The position numbers and the translations under genes were made by a program. From a virus: DNA of 64,000 bases. This document shows positions 55,102 to 64,000 of this stretch, in pieces; the stretch's first letter is position 1; each line of letters starts with the position of its first letter. Location of the stretch: IMG/VR virus record IMGVR_UViG_3300020579_000009, positions 1 to 64,000 of that record; one strand, written 5' to 3'. Below the pieces are notes generated by a model, which made no database searches, was not told the origin of the DNA, and worked only from the letters and a program-made list of their open reading frames with translations.

Positions 55102-57077
55102 GGCGCTTGCTCCTCTCTGAGAATGCTTGCGATTCTTCCGGCCTTCCCGGCCTTTGAACCTTTAGACTTGGTTTCCGCTTTCTGTTCTTTGGTCATTTCC
55201 TTAATCATGTCGGCGTTTTGCTGCATACGCTGCTCCGCTTGCTGAATCTCTGCATCGGAGAATACGCCTTCTCCTGCCACGCGCAACCTGTCTTTGATGT
55301 GCGCGTTCTCGACGCGTAGAGCTTGCAGTTTGTCAGCCAGGCTCACGGGCTTCAGTGTTTCTTCCACGCCCTTCGGGTTGATTCCGCCCTTCCAATCGCC
55401 TCCAGGACTAGGCGGAGGGTTTGCCGCAACTCCTCCCGGAGATGGACTACCGCTACTAGGTGTTCCACGTGGAACATTTGGAGTGCCTGACGGGGGTTTC
55501 TGTATCGGCCCTTCGAGCGGTGGCCCTGTTCGCTCCGAGCCTGCCGCAGTAGTCTTTTGAATCTCTTTGAGGAGTTTTCCCATGTCGGCAGCGTCCAGCA
55601 TGTTCGCCACTTTGCCAGCCACAATGATAGGCAGAACAAGCCCCAACCCCGGCAAGCCCGATGCCTGCCCTACAGCTGCCGCTCCTATCGCCGCTGGCCC
55701 CGCCGTCAGCGGGTGACGGATGATGGCCTTGATTTTCCCCATGAAGTTCGCTTTGGTTTCCTGCGAGTAACGGTCAAGGTCAACGCCCAACTCCTGAGCT
55801 TTGGCAAACGACTTCGCGTCAATGCCGTACTTGTCGAGGGCTTGCTTGATTTCTCCTGCCGCCGTGGCGTTCTTTGGGTCAATGAGCTTTGAAAGAGCAT
55901 TCGAGTGGTTCGGCTCGTCTACCAACTGGCCTAGCAATCCGCTCTGCATTCCCTTATAAGTCCGCGTTTCATCGATGTAGTGCTGCCAGAGTTTCGCCTG
56001 CTGTGTACCCAATTCCTGCGCCCTGTCTCCAGTGGCTTTGTGGAGACCGTCATAAAGAGCGTTGAGCGCAGCGGCTTCGCGGAACTTCCCTGCACGTTCT
56101 AGGGCCGCAGCATCCCTGCCTACGTCGGTCGTAAAAGACTTTGCCTCTCTCAGCGGAATCATGGGCCTGGATTCCGCTCTAAGAATCTGTCCTTCCGCCC
56201 CTTCTGGCAGCGCCTTCATGGTCTTGCCCATCACGTCTCTAGCCGCCCCTGCCGCTTTGGACACATCGACAAAACCCGTCTGATTGCCTTTACTCTGCAT
56301 GTCCATCTCATCGGCGGATAGGACGCTATTCACGCTCTGGCTGATTTCTCCATTCGGCCCCATAATGCGCTCGTTGAGCATAGCCAGAGGCTTACGCAAC
56401 ATGTCGTTTACGACACTGACTTTGCCCTTGTCGATAGCAAGATTCCGGTGGATGAGTTTCTCCGATGCGCTAATCTTGGCCTTCAATCCCTCATCTATCG
56501 CTTCCGGCCCCGCCATCTGCATCTTAAGTCCAGAGAGGCCGCCAATCCCAGAAGCGATTGAACGAGGGTCGCCGCGCTTGATTCCCTGCTCGATGTCGCT
56601 AGAACCACTTTCAATCCCCGAAGCCACCCCTTCAATCCCTTTTGCCGCCATGTCGAACGGAGTCATCAAGGCAGCGCCAACGGAAGCTAGTGGCAGGTAT
56701 TTCTCCATCGGCTCATTGCCACCCAGAGCCTTTTTCCAGTTGCCGAAGGAATCTTTGGCCATTCCGCCGAAAGCCGTCCCTGCCTGTTTAGCGGCATCTC
56801 CGAGCGTGTCGGCGTCTTTGATTCCGAAGGCTCCCAAAGCTGCCTGCGTAGCGGAATGAACGGGACTATCCCCGGCGTTTAGGATTGGCCCGCCCTTGCG
56901 GTTCTGGTAGGAGCCTGCTGGCACCGCGCCTTGATGCACGCCTAGCTGTTCTTCGGTGGGCTCATTAGCAGGATGGAACACACCGACAGGATTCCCGTTT
57001 GCATCCCATCGCTGTCCACTCGGAGGCGGCGGGGTATCGGAGACCGGGTTGCCTTGTGCGTCCCAGCGTTGCGGCAT
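55098..57077 (-). CDS. Large internal virion/ejection protein
   Basis: 659 aa; KGGPILN shared with 9100..10944; two N-terminal QRWDAxGNPV repeats. Confidence 0.65.
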   Translation of the reverse strand: MPQRWDAQGNPVSDTPPPPSGQRWDANGNPVGVFHPANEPTEEQLGVHQGAVPAGSYQNRKGGPILNAGDSPVHSATQAALGAFGIKDADTLGDAAKQAGTAFGGMAKDSFGNWKKALGGNEPMEKYLPLASVGAALMTPFDMAAKGIEGVASGIESGSSDIEQGIKRGDPRSIASGIGGLSGLKMQMAGPEAIDEGLKAKISASEKLIHRNLAIDKGKVSVVNDMLRKPLAMLNERIMGPNGEISQSVNSVLSADEMDMQSKGNQTGFVDVSKAAGAARDVMGKTMKALPEGAEGQILRAESRPMIPLREAKSFTTDVGRDAAALERAGKFREAAALNALYDGLHKATGDRAQELGTQQAKLWQHYIDETRTYKGMQSGLLGQLVDEPNHSNALSKLIDPKNATAAGEIKQALDKYGIDAKSFAKAQELGVDLDRYSQETKANFMGKIKAIIRHPLTAGPAAIGAAAVGQASGLPGLGLVLPIIVAGKVANMLDAADMGKLLKEIQKTTAAGSERTGPPLEGPIQKPPSGTPNVPRGTPSSGSPSPGGVAANPPPSPGGDWKGGINPKGVEETLKPVSLADKLQALRVENAHIKDRLRVAGEGVFSDAEIQQAEQRMQQNADMIKEMTKEQKAETKSKGSKAGKAGRIASILREEQAP

Positions 57078-58145
57078 CTATTTATACCAAGTCTTTGTTT
57101 TGGCATCCCATTGAGCGTCGGCAGGCACACCCTTTGGCCGGGCGGGTGCTGAACCTTGCGGCGCGGCTGCCGTGCCTGCCTTTGGCGTTGGCCGGAACTC
57201 CGGCGACGGCGCACTTTGCACCTGCGGAACATCTACTCCAAGAGCATTGAAGAGCCACGATTTCACGCTAGGGTCACGCGCTGCGGCTTCGTTGGCAATC
57301 TGCGTCCGCGTTCCCGACATGACCTGAGCAACATCTTCCGTGGTCGCATCCTTGTGTAGAGAACGGTAGTTCCTACCTGCTTCGTTAGCCGCTGCTTGCG
57401 CCTCATCCACGATGTTATGGCGGACTTTCTCATCCGTGGCGGCTTGCTTGAAGTTCCAGTTATGCACCATGTTGTCGTGCTGGTTCTTGACACTCTGAAC
57501 GTAGGCATCGGCGCGTTCTTTCATGCTATCCGCGCGAGATGCAGCCGCAGCGCCCATCTGGCCGCGATAGTTGGCCAGTCCGGCTGCCTGAGTGAGTCCG
57601 GTAGTGGCGCGGAGTTCCTCTGTAGGGATGGCTTCCTGGTCTTTGAGAGCTGCAAGCTGGTCGCCCAGAGATTTCTGTTGTGCTCCGTACTGCCGTATGC
57701 CCGGCCCGTAGACAACGCCCTGTACATCTTGACCGGGGCGTGTAGCAGCTCCTAACGTGATAAGGGCCTGCCCTAGATTGTGAAAAAATCCCTTCACCCC
57801 TTCCCCGTGCCGAATGTCGGGCGTCCAACCCATCTTTGGCGGTTGCATCGCAGCCATTTTTTTCTGGATGTCCTGCTCTTGGCTGCCGATTTGTTCTAGC
57901 CTTCCGCTGGCCTGCTGATATTGAGGAAGGTTAGATACTTGGCTGACCATCGAAGCTAGGTCTGTCCCACCAGTAGCCGGAGCACCTCCTTGTGGCTGGA
58001 CAGGACTGGTCGGAGGAATAGCGGAAGGCCCCGGTGCAATAGGCACTCCAGCTTGTGGCTGCCCACCGCCCATCATCCCCATCAGTTGCATGAGCTGCGG
58101 AGGAAGTGGGCTATCCGTTGCTTGGGTTACGTCGCCTTCAGCCAT
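57078..58145 (-). CDS. Internal virion/ejection protein
   Basis: Gln/Pro-rich coiled coil; synteny. Confidence 0.6.
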   Translation of the reverse strand: MAEGDVTQATDSPLPPQLMQLMGMMGGGQPQAGVPIAPGPSAIPPTSPVQPQGGAPATGGTDLASMVSQVSNLPQYQQASGRLEQIGSQEQDIQKKMAAMQPPKMGWTPDIRHGEGVKGFFHNLGQALITLGAATRPGQDVQGVVYGPGIRQYGAQQKSLGDQLAALKDQEAIPTEELRATTGLTQAAGLANYRGQMGAAAASRADSMKERADAYVQSVKNQHDNMVHNWNFKQAATDEKVRHNIVDEAQAAANEAGRNYRSLHKDATTEDVAQVMSGTRTQIANEAAARDPSVKSWLFNALGVDVPQVQSAPSPEFRPTPKAGTAAAPQGSAPARPKGVPADAQWDAKTKTWYK

Positions 58146-58870
58146 TATTTCCCCTGACCTGTTGGAATGCCGCCAGCACCGAAGATGCCGCCAGCCATTT
58201 GCCCGATTGCGCTCATCGTTTCAGCGGCGGTATTTGTCGGCTGCTGAATGCTAGTGCTCGTTTGCCCCAGCAAAGAGGCTGGATTAAAGAGTTGCGCGAG
58301 CGAAGAAAGTCCTTGCGCTCCGCCCATCTGCATCATTTCGTTCTGGAAAAGATTCTGCAAATACATCTGCGAAAGATTTTGGGCTTGTCCGGTAGCTTCT
58401 CCACCAAGCATGGCAGCCTGCATTCCCGATGGTGCGGCACCATAGCCGGAAGCGTTCAGTCTTTGTTTCGACAGAGCCGCTGCATTTTCTCCATGGTTCA
58501 CGCCTTGCCCGAAACTGGCTTGCTGCTGTTGCTGATAATACGGCGAACCAAGATTCATCAGTTGCTTGAAAAAATCCATTGCCGGGCCTGCGGAACCGCC
58601 CATCATCTTCGTAAACCAAGGAATCAAGGCGTTTCTTGCCAAGCCCGTTTGCAGGTTGGTTTCCGCAAGGTTGGCAGCCAAAGCTCCACCATCCTTAGTG
58701 CCAAAGCCATAAGGATTTGTCGTTCCCGTCGCGCCAGCCGGACTGGCGGAAGGCGGAGAACCAAACAAGGAAGGCCCGCCAGGAATACCGGGCATGTTTG
58801 TGCCTGTCTGTCCCGGCCATCCAAGAGGATTAGAGCCTTGTCCCTGTAACGGGTTAGGCATCGTACTCAT
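58145..58870 (-). CDS. Small ejection protein
   Basis: GSPYYQ..., GYG..PSG..AA, YLQNLFQNE match GSPFLQ, GYGPSG, YLANLLNNE of 11900..12592. Confidence 0.7.
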   Translation of the reverse strand: MSTMPNPLQGQGSNPLGWPGQTGTNMPGIPGGPSLFGSPPSASPAGATGTTNPYGFGTKDGGALAANLAETNLQTGLARNALIPWFTKMMGGSAGPAMDFFKQLMNLGSPYYQQQQQASFGQGVNHGENAAALSKQRLNASGYGAAPSGMQAAMLGGEATGQAQNLSQMYLQNLFQNEMMQMGGAQGLSSLAQLFNPASLLGQTSTSIQQPTNTAAETMSAIGQMAGGIFGAGGIPTGQGK

Positions 58871-59454
58871 TCAAACGCCATCCTTCCTCCGCGCTGGCTT
58901 CCACTACCTTGCTGCAAAAACTGCTGTAGCCACGCCTGCATGGGATTCGGAGTTTGCGCCGGTGCTTTAGGTGCCGGAGGCGCGTAGCTGAAAGGATTCC
59001 CTCCAAGAGCGTTCTGCAAGAGTGTGTTCGGCATTCCCAGAACAGGGTCGCTGCCGGCGCCTGTAGCGGCTCCGCCAAAGGGGTCGTTGCTCGTCGGATT
59101 GAAAGACAGGTTCCCTCCAGGCCGTCCGAAGAGTCCTCCCGCATAGGTAGCAAGGTCTTGACGATAGGCAGAATCAAACGGCCCTGTGCCCGTAGCCCGC
59201 ACCGACTCAGCGCCCATTACATTCGCAGGAGGAGGCGGAGCTTGGTAGGCCGGAGTACCACCGGGAGGATTTTGCGCTGTAAACTGCCCTGCTCTTACCA
59301 TCTGCGATGTCCCACCAGAAGTAGGCGTTTGGTTTTGCGCCATGGGCTTTGCGCCGACAGGGCCAACGGAGGGGCTTTTCCCGCCAAAGTAAGGCACGCC
59401 AGTCTTGCCGGGTTGCCCCATCATCACATTCATAGGGTTAAACATTGTTCCCAT
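58867..59454 (-). CDS. Pro/Gly/Gln-rich virion-associated protein
   Basis: Ortholog of 13250..13801. Confidence 0.7.
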   Translation of the reverse strand: MGTMFNPMNVMMGQPGKTGVPYFGGKSPSVGPVGAKPMAQNQTPTSGGTSQMVRAGQFTAQNPPGGTPAYQAPPPPANVMGAESVRATGTGPFDSAYRQDLATYAGGLFGRPGGNLSFNPTSNDPFGGAATGAGSDPVLGMPNTLLQNALGGNPFSYAPPAPKAPAQTPNPMQAWLQQFLQQGSGSQRGGRMAFE

Positions 59455-59456
59455 AA

Positions 59457-62207
59457 TTATCTCGGCGGGCTTGGCCCAAAGCCCAACTGAATGCTCCTCA
59501 ATGCGTAATTTACACCCGTTCCACTTGGGAAGTTAACAACAAACTGAATGCGCCGTCCCATCACGAAGTTGACTCCGCCAATCTTAAATAATTCCGGGCT
59601 ATGCCGGAACGGAGCGCCGCTCGATAGATTTGGATTTCCGCAAAGGGAACTCGAATCATTCACTCCCGGTATAAGCGAAAGCGATAGCGGCGAAGCAAAA
59701 GTATAAAAGTCATCATCTATGCCCAGGGCTCCAAAACTCCATCCGCTCGCCACTGTTCCTCCGGTGCTGGATGCGTTAGCGCCGACCTGGGTGTAAGTGA
59801 AAGTTGTTGGCGTCGGAGTAGTCTGAACAGTGAATGCCCCGGCAGGAAAGTTCAGCCCGGTCACTCCCACGACAAAAGCCGTGTTATTTGGCGAGAGTCC
59901 GTGAGGCGTTGCCGTTGTCACCGTGACCGTGTTCAGGGCTCGCGCTATTGTTGCGATGGCTACCGTCGTGGAATTGGCAAGCGTGGATGGGTCTTGGTTG
60001 GTCGTGAAGCGTAGCCACGTTGGCCGCTTAATCATAAATGCGGAATCGTTTCCCCACGGTTGGGTCGTGAATCCAGCTCCCGTAACAACCGTTTCCGTGC
60101 CAAAGAGTCCAGTCTGGTAGTCTGCATCCTGAATCAAGTCCGTCGAACCGACGACCATCCTCACTGCCCCGCCAGTTTCATAGAGCACTTCGAGCGAATT
60201 GCAGTTGATGTTGAAAACCCAGAAGGCCGGGTGATTCGTAGCCATGTCGAACGTGAAGAAAGACGCTTGTCCATTCGAGGCCAGCAAGTCCAAATCGAGG
60301 CTCACAAGAACATTGTTCGATGCTCCATTCGATAGCGCGATGGATACCCAATTCCTGTCGAGCGAGTGATAGTAGGTCAAGCGCACGTTCGCCAGTTGGT
60401 TGAGCGGGATGTTTCGCAGGATATTCTGAATCGGCCTGCCGATATTTCTGGGAGCATACTTGTCCGTGTAGAGCCACAATTCCCGGTTCGATGTAACCCA
60501 AATGGCTCCAAGCGACGTGACGGCCACGGCGAAGGGATTCGCACATCCCAAGCTATAGGGGAGGCTGGTTATCTGCGTGCCTAGACCGACAGCAGTATTC
60601 GCCGCCCCCAAGCCTAGAGGGGTGTTGTCAGAGAGAAGACCGGTTAGCCGGAACATGTCCTGCTTGTCGCTCCAGATAATGAGTGAACCGGGCAGGTCGG
60701 CCATGCCTGAAATGTTGGCATTCTGAATCGGGAGCGTAACCTGATTGAGGGGAGCAACGGATTCTTGCGTAAGCCCAACCGTGGTGCTCTCGATGTTCGT
60801 AAAGAAAAAGGTTTGTCCCGGAATGGTTCCACCGTAGATAAGTAAGCGTGACTGGTATTCCTTGATGAAAGCTCCTACGGGTGGAGGAACGTTAAAAAGC
60901 TGGCTGACTTCCGTGGTGAATGGAAAGTTTGGAGGCTCGGAGTTGGCGACATCCAGATAAGAGATACCTTGCCCAAAAGCAGAACCGGCAGTTGGAGCGA
61001 ACGCATTCCTCGCTATACGGAAATAAGTCGCTCCGCCATCGGCGGTTGCATAGAACCGGATGTGCGTGGTTTGCGGGTCATACACTAGAAAGTTTAATGT
61101 TGGAAACACCCCCAAGGAAGTCGCTACCGTAAGCTGCGTAGTGCTCTGCACGCTCAAGATGCGGCTCGCTGTGTTCACGCCGCCGCCGATAGTCATAATG
61201 GAACGCCCTACCCAAGCCTGCGAAAACTGCGTATTCGTCCCGGTGACGGTCGTTCCAGCCGATGCTATCGTTCCAGGTTCTTGGGCGAAAAGTGTTCCAA
61301 ACTGAAGATTGTAAAGAACGAATTGCGTGGCAGGCGAAGGAGCTGAAACGTGGTTTTTGTTGACATTCTCAAAAGCATAGGCATAGGAACGTCCCACGGA
61401 CTTCGTAATCTGCGTGGTCAGGTTCCCGCTTCCAACGATTAACGCCGTATCAAAACCAGCCTGCGGCCAAGTGTAGGTAAAAGGCCCGGCACCGCTTACC
61501 TGGACACCGCCGAATGTTCCATTAAAACTAATATCGCTGACCAGTGTTACATTGATTACACCGTTCTGGTTGGAAAATCCGACCACCAACGCCGCAGTTG
61601 TTGCGGTCACTATGCCGTTTTGCCTGCGAATATTCGTAAGTGCCTTGCTGTCGCCGGAACTGATGGTTATTTGGAGGCTTGAGTCAGGGGCATCCAGCCC
61701 AAAGCCTTCAATGGTCGCTGCGTTGGCGAGCCTTCCTGCCATTTTGATTGCGCCATTCATCTCATAGACGATGTTTTGCAGGACTTCCCGCGAGAATGGC
61801 CCGGCGAGCGATGGTGCTGGAGTGGTGTCGGCTGTACCAGACCCGGTAGGGTCGTAATAAGGATTGAATCGCTGCGTCTTAGCATAAGAAGCGCCCGTAT
61901 CGAAGCTGAAGAACTTCCCATTGTTATCTCCCAGCAGATAGTTGGACAAGCCCGGTAAGGCAAAGAACTTCAGTGTAGTGAATGGTTGGTTCTGGTTCGT
62001 CCAGTTTCCTTGTGCCTGTGATACAAGATTGGCGAAACGCGCTCTCTGCACAAACCCATAAGCCCCTGAGTAGACGTTTGAAGCCGCTGACCATTGGCGC
62101 GGAGTCTGGAGCGTTGGGTCGGTGTAGGTGTTGTAACCCAAGTTCAAAGACGCCAGTACTTCCGCTGGAGCGGATTGCTGTGCGCGAACTGGAGAGCGTT
62201 GTGCCAT
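59457..62207 (-). CDS. Tail tubular/DNA stabilisation protein (gp10-like)
   Basis: Ortholog of 13803..16427 (ANSEPPN, NVPPP, LDLDLLASNGQ, FTFDMATN). Confidence 0.75.
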   Translation of the reverse strand: MAQRSPVRAQQSAPAEVLASLNLGYNTYTDPTLQTPRQWSAASNVYSGAYGFVQRARFANLVSQAQGNWTNQNQPFTTLKFFALPGLSNYLLGDNNGKFFSFDTGASYAKTQRFNPYYDPTGSGTADTTPAPSLAGPFSREVLQNIVYEMNGAIKMAGRLANAATIEGFGLDAPDSSLQITISSGDSKALTNIRRQNGIVTATTAALVVGFSNQNGVINVTLVSDISFNGTFGGVQVSGAGPFTYTWPQAGFDTALIVGSGNLTTQITKSVGRSYAYAFENVNKNHVSAPSPATQFVLYNLQFGTLFAQEPGTIASAGTTVTGTNTQFSQAWVGRSIMTIGGGVNTASRILSVQSTTQLTVATSLGVFPTLNFLVYDPQTTHIRFYATADGGATYFRIARNAFAPTAGSAFGQGISYLDVANSEPPNFPFTTEVSQLFNVPPPVGAFIKEYQSRLLIYGGTIPGQTFFFTNIESTTVGLTQESVAPLNQVTLPIQNANISGMADLPGSLIIWSDKQDMFRLTGLLSDNTPLGLGAANTAVGLGTQITSLPYSLGCANPFAVAVTSLGAIWVTSNRELWLYTDKYAPRNIGRPIQNILRNIPLNQLANVRLTYYHSLDRNWVSIALSNGASNNVLVSLDLDLLASNGQASFFTFDMATNHPAFWVFNINCNSLEVLYETGGAVRMVVGSTDLIQDADYQTGLFGTETVVTGAGFTTQPWGNDSAFMIKRPTWLRFTTNQDPSTLANSTTVAIATIARALNTVTVTTATPHGLSPNNTAFVVGVTGLNFPAGAFTVQTTPTPTTFTYTQVGANASSTGGTVASGWSFGALGIDDDFYTFASPLSLSLIPGVNDSSSLCGNPNLSSGAPFRHSPELFKIGGVNFVMGRRIQFVVNFPSGTGVNYALRSIQLGFGPSPPR

Positions 62208-63220
62208 TAGCGGAGAAACGCCCTATTCTTTCTGCCGATTCCATACGGAAATCTTTGCTTGGTCGGAGGGTTGTTGCTTTGCCGCTCTATGAGAGAATCG
62301 CACATCATCTGGATGTTCTTCTGGCTGATGGCTGTCCACTCGGAAACTCTCGAGTCATCTCCTGCCACGGAGTACATTTTGGATAGAGCCACGGCGGCAA
62401 TCACGCGAATATGTTCGCGCGGAATCTCCGGCAGCGCGGAGAGGATGTAAGGAGAGCCAGCAGTAAGGGCTGGGGCAATCGCTGTTTGTGTAGTAAGCGA
62501 CGTATCGCTTGGGATGGTCACGATGCGGTAGATTTGGTTTGGCCCGCCTGTTTCTCCGGCAACTATAAGCTCCGCTTGAATCTCTTCCTGCTGAGCCGTG
62601 GCGGGCTGCGAGCCTTGAAAGTCGGGCTGCAAAAGTTGCGTAAAATTGGTTCCGTTGCCAGTGACCGTAATGCCAGCCGATGAGATAGTTCCGCCGAAAA
62701 GATAGCTCAAGGATAGCGGCCAGAACGTGTAAGAGGCTTCAATCTGTGAGCCTATGGCTAGTGGCAATGCGAATCTCAGATTATTTCTGCCGTTCAGCCA
62801 CCAGTAGTATGGCCCGGTCTGTGTTGGCTGAGAGGTCGGGTTGGCGGATAGCGCCACAAAGTCAGGCTCGTTTGGAGTCATGGAGCGCGAGGATTGAAAG
62901 AACCCTCCAGAGGGAGGCAGCACGCGAATGCGGGTAAGCTGATAAAGCCTATTGCTTACCGGGGACGAAAGAGCGCCATCGGCGTTGAATTGCAGGTCAT
63001 AGCTGAATTGCGCCGTCACAACCGTCACAACCTTGATGTTGGTGAAGTAGTGGTTCTTGAGCTTCGATACTTCCTCCCAGACGTGAATGTAAGCGGCGTT
63101 TATTTCGCGTAGATACTCACTAAAGTCATATCCGGGAACTCTCTGAGCTACATACTGCACAAGCCCAAAGACGTTCGTTGGCGGCGATAGAAGGGCCGGA
63201 ACTTGCTGGGCAACTGGCAT
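62207..63220 (-). CDS. Head-tail adaptor protein
   Basis: Ortholog of 16427..17398. Confidence 0.7.
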   Translation of the reverse strand: MPVAQQVPALLSPPTNVFGLVQYVAQRVPGYDFSEYLREINAAYIHVWEEVSKLKNHYFTNIKVVTVVTAQFSYDLQFNADGALSSPVSNRLYQLTRIRVLPPSGGFFQSSRSMTPNEPDFVALSANPTSQPTQTGPYYWWLNGRNNLRFALPLAIGSQIEASYTFWPLSLSYLFGGTISSAGITVTGNGTNFTQLLQPDFQGSQPATAQQEEIQAELIVAGETGGPNQIYRIVTIPSDTSLTTQTAIAPALTAGSPYILSALPEIPREHIRVIAAVALSKMYSVAGDDSRVSEWTAISQKNIQMMCDSLIERQSNNPPTKQRFPYGIGRKNRAFLR

Positions 63221-63222
63221 AT

Positions 63223-63999
63223 TTAGAATGGCCCCTCTACGCGAACGTGAACCGCATACTGCATAACTGTCCCGCCGACCGATGCGTAACCGCTCGTAGC
63301 GAACTGGATAGCCGCTCCTGACTTGGCGAAGAACGTATTATTATTGGCGTTTGTAGGCCCGATGGTGCCGACCGTATTGGCGCTACTCGTGGAGACGATG
63401 AGCGATGACTGAGCCACGGAACTGTCGGCATCCGTCCATAGGATAGTGCAGGATGGCAGGGTTGAACTAGTCGTTGCCGCCTGAGTGACCACCGTGTAGC
63501 AGGATATACGGTAGTAGCCGTTCGCAGTAGGTATCAGGAGCGTGGTCGTGCCGACGTTGGCTGTCTGCGCCGTGAGATTCGATACAGCCGACTGCTGCAC
63601 CACCAAGTTTGGGCTAGGTATACTAGCGCCGTTAATGACGGGGCTAGTGAGCGTGACTACTCCGGTAATGGTACATGGCCCAGTGACAGGGCAAGCCAGC
63701 TCCGTGTCTGCCTGAACGAATGGCGTTACTATTGCTGGCCCGTAAATCTGGATGGTGTAGCGCCCTGGCGCGGCATAGAAAAAGAAATTCCCATTGATGT
63801 CGGTAAGGAACGGGTTGGTTCCTCCACTGGTCGTGGCATTGCTTGTGGCCAGCGTGGCGAGAGTCGAGCAGGGAGTTGTGGTTGTATTGGCTGGCTGCGT
63901 GCATACCGCTACAAACTGGAACGCCAGCGGAGTTCCACGGGAGCCGATAACCTGCGATTGATAGCGGACGCTCTGAGCGAAGGCGCAGCTAGGGAGCAG
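63223..63999 (-). CDS. Signal-peptide-bearing fibre/appendage protein (5' truncated)
   Basis: Frame stays open to the window edge: ...LLPSCAFA-QSVRY...VCTQP...PC...NPFLTDINGNFFFYAAPGRYTIQIY, then a jelly-roll-like C-domain. Confidence 0.7.
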   Translation of the reverse strand: MLPSCAFAQSVRYQSQVIGSRGTPLAFQFVAVCTQPANTTTTPCSTLATLATSNATTSGGTNPFLTDINGNFFFYAAPGRYTIQIYGPAIVTPFVQADTELACPVTGPCTITGVVTLTSPVINGASIPSPNLVVQQSAVSNLTAQTANVGTTTLLIPTANGYYRISCYTVVTQAATTSSTLPSCTILWTDADSSVAQSSLIVSTSSANTVGTIGPTNANNNTFFAKSGAAIQFATSGYASVGGTVMQYAVHVRVEGPF

Positions 64000-64000
64000 G

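Larger units (their letters stand above)
44883..64000. mobile_element. Phage unit B, related but diverged phage, truncated at window end
   Basis: Same gene order as 1-17400 (lipoprotein, endolysin, membrane proteins, tailspike, ejection proteins, gp10-like, adaptor), with diverged proteins and synonymous differences in shared genes. Confidence 0.85.

Noticed and set aside
58106-58849. 247-aa plus-strand ORF
   Set aside because: Antisense shadow of an ejection protein that has an ortholog in unit A.
1-64000. CRISPR array, tRNA/rRNA, integrase, reverse transcriptase (DGR/retron)
   Set aside because: None recognised by eye. Similarity between the tailspike C-termini is ordinary orthology, not adenine-specific TR/VR variation.

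Overview
The window contains only phage sequence, with no host genes. Bases 1-44882 (unit A) look like one complete ~44.9 kb podovirus-like genome. It has a lysis region and a long minus-strand late operon (TerL, portal, scaffold, major capsid, adaptor, gp10-like tail protein, ejection proteins, tailspike). It also has an AAA+/VWA module, early genes, an ERF recombinase and a replication initiator. I recognise no integrase or polymerase. At 44883 the first 127 bases recur exactly, and the sequence continues into a second, syntenic but diverged phage (unit B, 44883-64000, truncated). The join is either real tandem phages or an assembly join. Comparing A and B shows several unusual features: (1) Cys-rich tailspikes and other late-operon proteins with Sec-type signal peptides, suggesting periplasmic folding; (2) an acyl carrier protein translationally coupled to a GNAT acyltransferase directly upstream of the ejection proteins, in A only; (3) a catalytically dead histidine-phosphatase-fold protein in both virion operons; (4) a structured RNA motif with covarying stems in both lysis regions; (5) a pseudoknot-capable leader upstream of the replication gene; (6) signal-peptide-coding DNA shared between otherwise unrelated genes. 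All family calls come from motif recognition by eye; no searches were run. An Acidobacteriota-like host is a guess.
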